A program made the translations under genes and the position numbers. Positions 9,872 through 20,000 of a stretch of DNA of 20,000 bases are shown here, piece after piece (position 1 is the first letter of the stretch; each line of letters starts with the position of its first letter). The notes beneath the pieces are model-generated. The model did not search any database. It was not told the DNA's origin and saw nothing but the letters and a program-made list of their open reading frames with translations. This stretch comes from Trichoplax sp. H2 (taxonomy: Eukaryota): contig NOWV01000139.1 of assembly GCA_003344405.1 (NCBI GenBank), forward strand, positions 179,048-199,047, written 5' to 3'.

Positions 9872-11392
9872 ATGGACAACGCTTTGAAGTCACAACGTTA
9901 TCATGATCATGGCTGGCCAGTGCCACCTCTGGATCGATCACTATCTTTTACAGAAAGGAAAAAAAACATTAAACAAGCCCTGGATTGGATTACTCACGAA
10001 TTGGTGAGTACTTAGTCACGCTGAACCTCTATCATTGTCCATTATCCAATGAAGTATTGCCGAATGACCTCGTATTCTATCTTGAAAGCTAAATTTAACG
10101 AAACGGGGGAAAAATTGTCAAATTTTTAAGTTTTAGGCAACTTTAATGTGAAATTCAATGAATGCCTAAACATAAGTGTCATCATCTTGTTGACTTTATG
10201 TGCATAAGGCCATCGCGCGATATTAGTTTACCGTCGTAAGGTATCAACTTCTTCAAGATCTTTTTTCTTACGTGAAAGAAGGATTTCGCTATTCAAAGGA
10301 TCTTGTATTTTATGTATATAGAAGTTACGATTACACAACGTATACAGCGAAAGCTCTGCTTGACTGAAGTCATTTACTCTAATTCATAGTGTCACGTATG
10401 TAAATATATATATATCCTGTACAGTAATCACTTGTTCGATATGAATTGAATCAACGTTTCTATAAAGTGGAAGACTAATTATTACTGTTTGCCCTAACAT
10501 GCTGTTGTACATTCTCACTGTAATCCATGACACTGGTTACACAGCATTTACGCAATATTATGATTTCAATTATAGAATTACAGTACTTGATATTAGCAAG
10601 AAGCAAATGATATCCACTAGTCATAATTAAGTTGCCTAGCAGTTCATCGTACAGATTACTACTTAGTGTTAGTTCGGGCACGGCAAAAGTAGCGCCGATA
10701 GAAAAACATTTTTCGATTATACTGTAAAATCTTCCAAACGATGATACCAGCTTTAAAACCACACTAAAAAAGAATCGTCTAAGGGTTAGGGCGATACCGG
10801 CAATTTGACGAGTTGCGGTAATATGGAGTTAATAGCTTCTGTGTAACGACATACAGTACGTACAAGTCCGCATTGTCAGTGGAGATGGCATTCGGGCTAT
10901 TTGTCAGTCCCTTAGCTTTACCACAATTTTTACATAGTACAGTAGTAAAGGTAAAATTTTGAGTATGTTGACATTGAATAATGATTGAACGCATTACTCT
11001 TTTTAACGCTTTAATTTCTTCTTTTCTACGAGAAGAATACGATTCGCCGGGGTGATGCCGATTTATCTTATGAACTAATGCTAATGCGGATAACGATTAA
11101 TGAAATGAAGATAACTCGTTTAACATCTATCATCACCCAAAACGTATGGCAAAGGCTGGACATGGAAAATTACTACGACCAGGTTGTCGAAGACTTGATG
11201 ATGCGTAATCGAACAAGAACATTACCTAGCAATTTGCCTAATAACATAAGGGATATTATTTGCAAGAGGAGAAGGCATGCCAGCTTTACCACTGATATTA
11301 ACGACAGATATGATGATGAAAAGGAAATTTCTTATGATAAAGAAGATCCTGTCTTAATAGATGATTTTAGTTTTGATGAAACTGCTTTCTAA
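9872..11392 (+). CDS. FAM167: FAM167-family (DIORA-like) small coiled-coil protein, 162 aa, two coding exons (9872-10003, 11036-11392)
   Basis: ATG in gccATGg with an in-frame TAG upstream at 9863. Donor TTG|GTGAGT at 10004; pyrimidine tract and AAG acceptor ending at 11035. The spliced IKQALDWITHEL|NTIRRGDADLSYELMLMRITINEMKI aligns without gaps to the FAM167A core as I recall it ([38 protein letters not shown]). Basic RRRHASF motif downstream. Confidence 0.78.
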
Positions 11393-11526
11393 CTTGTGCA
11401 TGATGTAAATTTCTTGTATATCTTAAAATTACATTTAAAAGAAAGGTACGTTTTACTTCCTGCTGAGTTGTTGACATCTTCTTATTCCCTACATTTGATA
11501 GACGTCGATAAGTAATAAGTGAGATA

Positions 11527-11532
11527 AATAAA
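11527..11532 (+). promoter_or_regulatory. Candidate polyadenylation signal of the FAM167-like gene
   Basis: AATAAA about 135 nt after the TAA at 11392. Confidence 0.35.
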
Positions 11533-13593
11533 GTATCAGTAACTTACTGCTACGATACTTGGATATTGGATAACTACTGTACTGTATAATGTTGCAAAAT
11601 CTTCAGATTAAATCTCTTTATACTAAGATAATTTTGGTATGGTATGATGATATATTAATATACCATTTCGTCGCAGACAACTTCAAAAACAATGAAGCAG
11701 TCTGGGTTTTTGATACTGTTCTACTACTGCACTCAATTATGTGATGAAAAAATTTGTAAGTGTACCATATCTACTTTGTCTATACGTGCCGGTATGTATT
11801 GTCATAACACCTGCTACTAACATAATTATAATGTGTGCAAAGTTTTGAGTTATCTTCTTCGTTCGTACCTTAGAGAATTGCTGATGTGTTGGTAATCTAT
11901 CTTGCCTTAATACATTCTTAATATCAGCAAATACCTACGGTCCTGTGATCATCATTAGAGTTACAGGACAGTGGTATTAAAAGGCGTGCTATTACATATA
12001 CCCAACTGTTGTATTTATGAGGTTGAGGATAGATTCCCTCAAATCTGTTTTTGTATGGCTTTTATGAATAATTTCAATGTTTGTAGTGTCGCTACGGTTA
12101 TGACGGTATTGTCTATACTCTAATAGCGATACTCTACTATTTTGTTGCTATGATTGTTCTTACGCTGTAAAATAAATAATAAATTAGCGTCGGTGTGCCT
12201 CAAATTACCATCTATATAATTTTACTATAATTATAGGAAAATAGCAAGTGCACCGTAAATACAGTATATATTGCGTACGCGAGTGTTGCAAAATTCGTAT
12301 ATCCTTGTATTTCATACAAAATAATCGATTTTTTGAAAATGGCTCTTATAACACGTGTGGATAGATATTCTCGTACTAGTAGACATTATATGTTACGTAT
12401 GACTCCCTCCTATGCGTTAAAAGCGTGTAGGAATGATGTGATAAGCAAGTATGTATAATTTTGTGAGCATGTCATTTAAATCGTAAAAGTGTAATATGAT
12501 TTCATGTTTCTTTTCTTATAAGATTCCAACCTTAATCTTTACCTTTTCTTATTAACACTCTAGGTCGTTATGAATCATTAACCAATTTTGAATGCGGGTA
12601 TATCATAAAATTTTGTGACTGCACTACTTGGTGTTATGTAAGCAATTCACATTAGCATTTGAGGCCTATTGAATTTGAAGATAAATCAATAAAACGATTC
12701 ATGGCGATAGAGGTATTGACGATCATTAATTTTCATACCTGTAGTCTCCATTTAATATTAAAGGTATACCAGTAATTAGGAGCTTGCTAACCACGATTTA
12801 TCTTTAAAATTCAGTCCTTTCATTGATATAAGTTAAGAATTTCTTAAATTCAGAGGTATATGATGCCAGGGACCCCTTAACAAAAAATTTCCCCAACTAA
12901 AACTACGGTACTTCATACCAATGCCACAAGCCAAAGTCCCAATCTAACCTAACTTTACTCAACAATTTCTTTGAAGTAGCGGCAATAACAGGAACAGTAT
13001 AGAAAAACTGGAGTTTCAGTAATGCTGGAACGATGAAGGGGGAGGGAAATTTTTGTTGAGTAGTCGCTGATGATGCAGAACTCTCTAAGATTCGTCAGAA
13101 GATATAATTCATTTTGGTCTAGAAATCGGTCGCATGCCACGAACTCCAGGCTGTGTCCGATACAGAGCGTAAATGCCTCATAATTATAATTCAGTATTAT
13201 CAAATATAATATATCACACATTGTCGATAATGTTCAAAAATCATTACCCTGCTCCGTGTCTCGATATTTAGTTTAGAAAGTACGATCTTACTTAAAATGT
13301 TAATAAATGGCTAAGCTGTATTTACAATTTTGCATGCGCCGAAATTTTTGCATTCAGTACGATATACTGTATATTTTTTTCTGGAACAGAAATATCTTTG
13401 ATTATTTTACTATGAAATTTTAAATCTACGCACATATAGCCGTTATGGCAGACCTATCTCCATCGATTGGCGTAATGATGACAAGTATACGAGTATGAGA
13501 TAACTCCTTTTCTGCTTCCTCCTTCAATTTGTACTAATGCAACAGATGCCGAATGGTCCTATATTGATAGAAATTGCTTTGGAGTGACTTTAT

Positions 13594-13778
13594 CTAATTA
13601 CAGTAGTGCGTGTTTTGAAGGTATAGTAGCAGTTTACAGTAAAGAATTGTGTGGAACAGTATAATAATTTTTATCTTATAACAAAACAGGTTCTATAGTG
13701 AGATCCTGTAATGATTTCAGCTAATTACAGTAGTTATGTGTTAGGGAAATACAGTGATAGTATGTAGGTTTAAGAATC
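13594..13778 (+). repeat. Diverged direct duplication, spacing 127 bp
   Basis: CTAATTACAGTAGT at 13594-13607 and 13721-13734. Each copy is followed by loosely similar sequence (GTGTT...TAYAGT...AAGAAT). Confidence 0.5.
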
Positions 13779-15242
13779 CATACACCACAGACGCAGCTAA
13801 AATCATAAGATGGTAGCATTAGACCTGAGTAGACTAGTGATGTCAAGGATTGCTTTTGGGCATTAAGGTAGTCGCCTCCTATTAGTATGTGATTTTAGAG
13901 ACGATAGCTGTAGCCTTAAGTGAGACTGCAGAGGAGTTAAGTCGATAACCAGATAGCTTGTTGTGCATAGTTACGTGATATAAGTATTACTATTGCAATA
14001 CATACTTGAAATTAAATTTTAAGTTATAAACTATTTTTAGCCTCTATATTATGAAACTAATTATAGGGTAATTAACTTAGAGAAGGGCTAGAAGTAGTAC
14101 TTGGTTACAAATCTAACACAGTGAAATTGTAGATTTGTAACAAGTATGATGAAACCGCACAGTTGCACTATTTGTATATTAGGATGTCTTAGTACCTTTT
14201 CTATAATTTTAGACCCTTTAATTATAGCTATGCAAAAACAATAAGCCAGTAGAGACAGGATGTAAAAAAACAAGTATTCCATGTAATCAAACAGAGATTA
14301 CACGAAGATGTATCTTAAACGCAAGCTATTACAAATCAATAATGTTGTAGCTAGCTTTTCTTTCAATTTCCTGCATGAGAAGGACTTACATCAAATAAAG
14401 TAATCTCGAGATAGTCGAATATTAATGTTTTATTGATGAAAATTCTATAATTAAAACATTAAAATATGGTGTATTCAAAGAAATAACAGCGAACAGTATT
14501 TTACCGGAAAATGACTAATTAGATACACGAAATAACGTACCGTAAGATAATCGAGGGTTAGGCGGCTATATAATATACTGTCTGTATGTATTGATTTTAT
14601 GAATTAACAGCTTCAGTAAATTAGCTATTTATTCATTTGCCGTAGCCTCATATAAGATATCGGATTTTTCTATTCCAGGCAATAAAATTAACGGTTTGAT
14701 ATCTTCAATTACAAGTATTTGTGGCATTAATATTCATTTCTTTATAATCAATATATATTGTGAAGTTCGTCATGAACAATATCTGTTGATAATCGACGGC
14801 GCGTAACATTCTATTGATATTTAGGAAAATAGCTCATTCCTAACAACGCCTATTGTATTCCTTCTGAAACTTAACTATATAAAATTGTTACGGATTTACC
14901 AGCGTCTCTGTATCTAATTATAGGATTTCTTGTATTGTATTCATATCGGTTGTATTGCAACCTTATCAGAACTTAACGGCACTAGTTTTGTTCCGTACTA
15001 GATCAGTAAAGGCACTGTATTGTACAGTATATAAGGTGGTGAGATATCAGAATAAAGGTAGATATTCACGTGGAAGCTTAGCTGCCGATCTCGCTTCAGT
15101 TGACTGAGAGCATACAAAAAAAAACAGACGCTATCGTTACCGCTAATAAAATTAAGAAATCAATTTTAAAGAGGAATTGTACAATTCGCAAGACTGTAGC
15201 AAGAAGTATCTAAATAAGAATTTAGTATTTAATACTCACCTA

Positions 15243-15343
15243 GACAAATATGTGAATGCTAAGAATAGATCCCTTCCGATAGTAAATTAAGGGACAAATA
15301 TGCTAGTTCTAAGAATAGACCCCTTTCCGATAGTAAATTAAAG
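15243..15343 (+). repeat. Tandem duplication, about 50 bp x 2
   Basis: GACAAATATG...CTAAGAATAGAYCCC(T)TTCCGATAGTAAATTAA at 15243-15292 and 15293-15343, with few mismatches. Confidence 0.85.
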
Positions 15344-17714
15344 CTTCAATTCAGGTTTTACACGTATGTTGAATATTTACTATTAGATCGATATTAAATA
15401 CATGTCTAAAATCTTGTAATCAAAACATGAAACATACTTTTGCAATTTAATAACACATATCTTATTTAGTCATTTAATTTAAAACGCACGCAAACATTTG
15501 CGTTAAGAATACGCGCAGATATTAGGTGTAAATTTCACGTTAACTTTCCTTTTCTTATATCTAATTATTTTCGATGCTGCAGAAATGACAACGAAAATCG
15601 CGCCGACCTCGACGTAATAGTTAAACTGCATACAAAATAAAGTAGATAAGTCCTTACCATGATACATGCAATATTAGACCCGTGTTTCAGGGACGTGGTG
15701 CGCTCTCTACTGTATACTGGTTGAAAGCTGTTCAGCCATAGTGCAGCATTTAATTGGATCTTTTAAATTTTCAAAGCGTTTACATTAAATTTGGTTCAAA
15801 CTCCACATAAACAGCAATTGGCTCTTGGTGTTTCTATTACATTTTACCAAAGCATTAAGATATTTTATTTCTTTGAAATTCTACACAAACCTACAGTCAC
15901 TGGTACATGTACGGTCGGTTCAATCAGCATACAAGTCACGTCGTAATAGTAGTCTTATACGACTCGTAGTCTTATATTAGTAGGAGTAAACAAGCTTTAT
16001 TTTTGTACCGAGTAGATTTGACAAAACTAAAGTACTAAATAGGCAGTTCCTGACGATCAGATAGCTTGAGTATACATAGCAGCACAGAAGCAATTACAGA
16101 CCTTTCACGGGATACAAATACGAACTATTTTCAAAATGATATAGATAATAATGTTGTGCTATTGAGTACGAAGGTCTCTCTTCATAAAAGCTAAGACATT
16201 GATCAGACATTTTAATCTAAGACCAGGTACATCACTTATATTATAATTTAAGGCAGTTAAAATCACCTTGTTTGCCTACTTCATCTCGGTAATAGATGAA
16301 TTTATTCCCTCAATCAATATTGTCAAGCTTAGTCATGGCTAATCTACATAGATTCTAATAGATTAGTTATATCGACATAGCCGTAGTCTGCCTATTACGA
16401 CATATGCGATGGTGAGATCATAGACCACTAAATTTATATTGGACAGGAAACTCTATTCGGACGGTCGGATATTTCGGATTCATGCGTTATAATAATAATA
16501 CTATTCCAAACAATCGTTATAATCTCCTTGAAAGGGTTGCTCGATTCTGTAATTCGCTATTTTTTCTAAATTAAATAATATCATATCGATATCTATTCTA
16601 TTTTACTAAGTTATATAAAGTTTTGAATGTTCTTAAATTAGTATAAAAGATTAAGAAAAAGAGAGGCAAAGATTTACACCAGTTATCTAGGTATAAAAAT
16701 GTCTGCCTGTCTGAAGAGTTCCTTGTCTAGGTGCATCTAGTGGTTTATGGTAAGGTAGTCACTCGTATGATTGATTTAAATTGAATCGAAATTTCTTATA
16801 GCTCAACCAATAACCTCAGGGAAACGAAGTTTGTAACAAATTGCAATAAGCACTTTTAAGAAATACTTTGAAAATCACCACTGTATCACTAGCTTATCCC
16901 GCACCCTACATCGCGTTTCCGCTGGTGTAATTTATTTATATGTAACTACAACATATCGTACTGCAGTTGTTACCTGCCTCAATTTGTAGAGACTATTACA
17001 GCGCTTAAACAATGTTAATAACAATATTCTTACGTCCTCTAGAATTGTAGATAACGTAGTGTCGTAATACTTACGGAGACATTTTAAAATAATGCTCATC
17101 ATATTATGAATAAATACTACAAATTTTAGTACCAATTTCATATAAATTACTGGTATGAACCGTCAGTAACACCTAGGGCAACAGCTTACAATATTAGTTC
17201 CTATATTTCATAATGACGGTTGAAAAGAATTAGAAGCGTTTAGATAAGTAATCATTGCTATTCTTCATATTAACAGTCTTTTATTGATTGCGATACATAT
17301 CATCAGAGGTTGTAGAGACCTAATTAATTAGTGCCGTAAGGGCTACATAGATACCGTACTTAGCTAACTTATCGGCGAACGAATTATAGTTTAATTAGAT
17401 GCTTTTTAAAATTATACTTTCATTTGGTGTTGAAAACAGCAACTAAAAATCAATTTTAAGTAGTTTTTGAGTAGCTTACGTAATCTATTCTCTAAGAACG
17501 TTTTACTCCTTAAATTTTCTCTACAACTCCAATCAGTAAAAGACGATAAATATTTCAAGAATTGAATCTAAGCATTTGGCTATCTACTAATTTTGCCATT
17601 TGCCAGTTACTTTCAATACTCTAGATAAGATTGTTACTACAATTCCATTACGTGAATACCTTCTTTTAGTGCATTAGCCATATTTCGCCATGTGGTCATT
17701 TGCTTATGATGGAA

Positions 17715-17953
17715 TTATTTTTTATATCCGTAATATTCCCGTGAGATTTCACATACGTATGGCTTGCCTTTCTCGTAATTGGTTTCATCACCACATTGGA
17801 CTAATAAGTCACCGTTATTACAACTACTTTCTTCACCACAGCATTGACCCCACATTGGATAACTAGATTCTTCTGCTTCACGTTCACGTATAGGACTGTC
17901 TCTTAAAAAACTATTAGCATTTGCTAAACTTATAAAGACTTTGGAGTTCAAGT
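17715..17953 (-). CDS. Probable terminal exon of a Cys-rich extracellular protein, weakly resembling the C-terminal half of a C-type lectin domain
   Basis: Acceptor TCTTTTTGCATTATAG| in phase 1. The 79-codon open frame is more GC-rich than its flanks and encodes VFISL...WGQCCGEESSCNNGDLLVQCG...KPYVCEI. Upstream exons are not established. Confidence 0.5.
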
Positions 17954-19900
17954 CTATAATGCAAAAAGATAAAAGAGTCTTTGTTATTAATATATAATTT
18001 ATTTCCTAAACCAAGTAAAAATGAACTTAAAAATTTGCTTGACTTAACATACTTATTTCTTTTCGTTTGATTTTATTACAATTTTTATATGAGTTTATAA
18101 TATAATCAAAATTTTAACACTTCTTCGTATAGTAGATCAATTTATCAGGATCATTTATAGTAGTAGATAATAAAATTTCTGCTTTGGCACAAGACAGCAG
18201 TTTCTCGAACATCAGAGATTCAATGATAATAAATTATTATCAACGCATAGCATTATATTTATTAAAGGCGAAGAGAATTAATTCTAAAAGAAATTATTGA
18301 TTTCCATAAGAGTAAGATAAAAACAAAGAAACAGAATATAAAATGGTACATTGTGTGCAAAATATATGATATCAATTTCAAGAAAGAATGTTACCCTGTA
18401 TAATTCTATTAAACTATAACTCTAATTGATCTTTTAGCGAGGCAAAACTTACGGTAAATAAGTAAGAAAATGCTGCAGTTAGAGAGAATCCAATTTAATA
18501 GTGTTGGGGAGCTAACTCTATATTATGTACGGCTCTGACAATTCATTTAATTTAATTTACTTATCAGAGGCAGATTTGCGACGTCAGATTACAGTAAGAG
18601 TGTATAAAAAGAGTAAAAAATTGTTTATTGAGTTCCTTTTGTAGACTGTACTAAATGGTAATCTGCCTCAAGATGAATAAAGTAGCTCTCAACTCAATAC
18701 GAAAGTATCTATTGAGTCCGTTCGTAAGAGTGAGATTGTGACAACTAGATTAACAGATTAGAAAATAATATTCAATACAGTGAATTATTGTAATCTTAAG
18801 AATTAATACTTTATGATTTTATGATGCTTCTTGACTTTAAATTAAAACATCGCGTGCAATATATTAGTTTAGCATAATTCAACTATACAATTAACGACGA
18901 AGATGTACTGATCACTTTACAGCAAACAAATAAATATTGCCTTTTTGTATGCTAATAATATTATTTAGAAGCGAAACTATGCAATATAAAGTGGGTAAGA
19001 TTCGACGGAAAATATAGAATTAAGGCTACGGTGCTATAAATGCTTATTTTCATTCATTTCATTAGCACAAAAAAAAAATTACTATTGTTACGATGATACT
19101 AAACAAGGTAAAGGCCTGAATAAAATCTCAAACGGTTATTAATGGTGAAAAAAGCCTCGGGAAGAGCAAATAACTTCATATAAAGTTAACAACTGATTAA
19201 CGTATTGAATAAATTGAAAACATGTTGTAGAATTTGATAATTACACGGAAATCGACACCTGGCGTATAAATATTAACATCATTAAGTACCGTAACAGTAA
19301 ACGAAGTAATGGGCGTTAAATTTTAGAAAATTTACCTATTATGTCATATATATTCTATTAATAATAGTCAACATAGTCATCTATGGACTGTAAAATCTTA
19401 ACTAGTAACATATATATGACATTAAGTTAACTTTTTTCGTTAATTAAGAGCATTGGTATATTGTCCATTTTGAACAATTACTGCAAAGCGATTTCATTGA
19501 TCCTGACTTTTAAGTTTTATTTTCCGACATGGTATAAGAATAAATGACTGAATTTAGAGCAAGATAAATTGTGAATATATTCAGTATAAACTCGAGAATA
19601 TTAGACGGCTAATAAATTTCCTTTTTTTAATTAATGACTAATTTTATAAATAATTGTGAATAGATATTGCTGAGAACTTAGAAAGAGGCACTATACGCAA
19701 ATTGATATATTTTGCGTTATAATTGACTTATATTATGAACGTATTTCAATGTGAGTAGTATAATTTGTCTAAATCTTCGGGAATTGCATCTCAGACGCGA
19801 TTTTTAACAGTTTTGAATTAGTAAATTATTATATGAAATCTCGATTCATGCTGATATATAAACATTAACTGCTCTACGTGCATTAGTGTAAGTTTCTTAC

Positions 19901-20000
19901 CTTCATTTGTAGTTGTTTTCTTTTCGGTATCAGAATTTGATCTGCGTCGACGGGCACCATTACAGGTTGCTTCGTAACTTTGCAAGTATTTTGAATAGAA
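19901..20000 (-). CDS. Probable internal exon of a minus-strand gene entering from beyond the window
   Basis: Consensus donor GAAG|GTAAGA at 19900. One frame is open to the window edge (FYSKYLQSYEATCNGARRRRSNSDTEKKTTTNE, phase 1). A second frame is also open. Possible acceptor at 19978. Confidence 0.5.

Noticed and set aside
10836-10950. Possible cassette exon in the FAM167-like intron (donor AAG|GTAAAA)
   Set aside because: No phase-0 acceptor was found, and inclusion would break the conserved helix.
9708-10994. Minus-strand ORFs 9708-9941, 10475-10762 and 10779-10994
   Set aside because: Antisense to the FAM167-like exon and intron; no motifs.
15949-15976. GTAGTCTTATA repeated twice
   Set aside because: Only two short copies; a trivial slippage duplication, not an array.
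12955-17141. Minus-strand ORFs 12955-13221, 14088-14282 and 16932-17141
   Set aside because: Composition typical of chance AT-rich ORFs, with no domain and no consistent splice chain.
18453-18517. Minus-strand exon candidate with GTAAGT donor (VSSPTLLNWILSNCSIFLLIY)
   Set aside because: Its acceptor phase does not match the 19901 exon and the peptide is unrecognisable; left uncalled.

Overview
AT-rich (roughly one third GC, estimated by eye) eukaryotic DNA with many short GT-AG introns. The style fits a compact early-branching animal genome such as a placozoan (inference only). Manual splicing gives three genes. (1) The 3' part of a PHF20/PHF20L1-like chromatin gene on + (C2H2 finger, PHD finger, C-terminal helices; 12 exons in view, stop at 2842). 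(2) A complete 9-exon, 515-aa SLC17/sialin-like transporter on - (6701 to 3476), with unusual substitutions at residues that are normally conserved. (3) A two-exon, 162-aa FAM167-like coiled-coil gene on + (9872-10003 joined to 11036-11392), which the ORF track does not show as a unit. Near the end of the window are minus-strand exon-like pieces: a Cys-rich terminal exon loosely resembling a C-type lectin and an exon with a furin-type RRRR site. Non-coding signals include a 281-bp element with 19-bp perfect inverted termini, a strong excess of TACAGTA/TACTGTA heptamers that match Tc1/mariner excision footprints, and small duplications. No rRNA, tRNA, CRISPR array or transposase was found.
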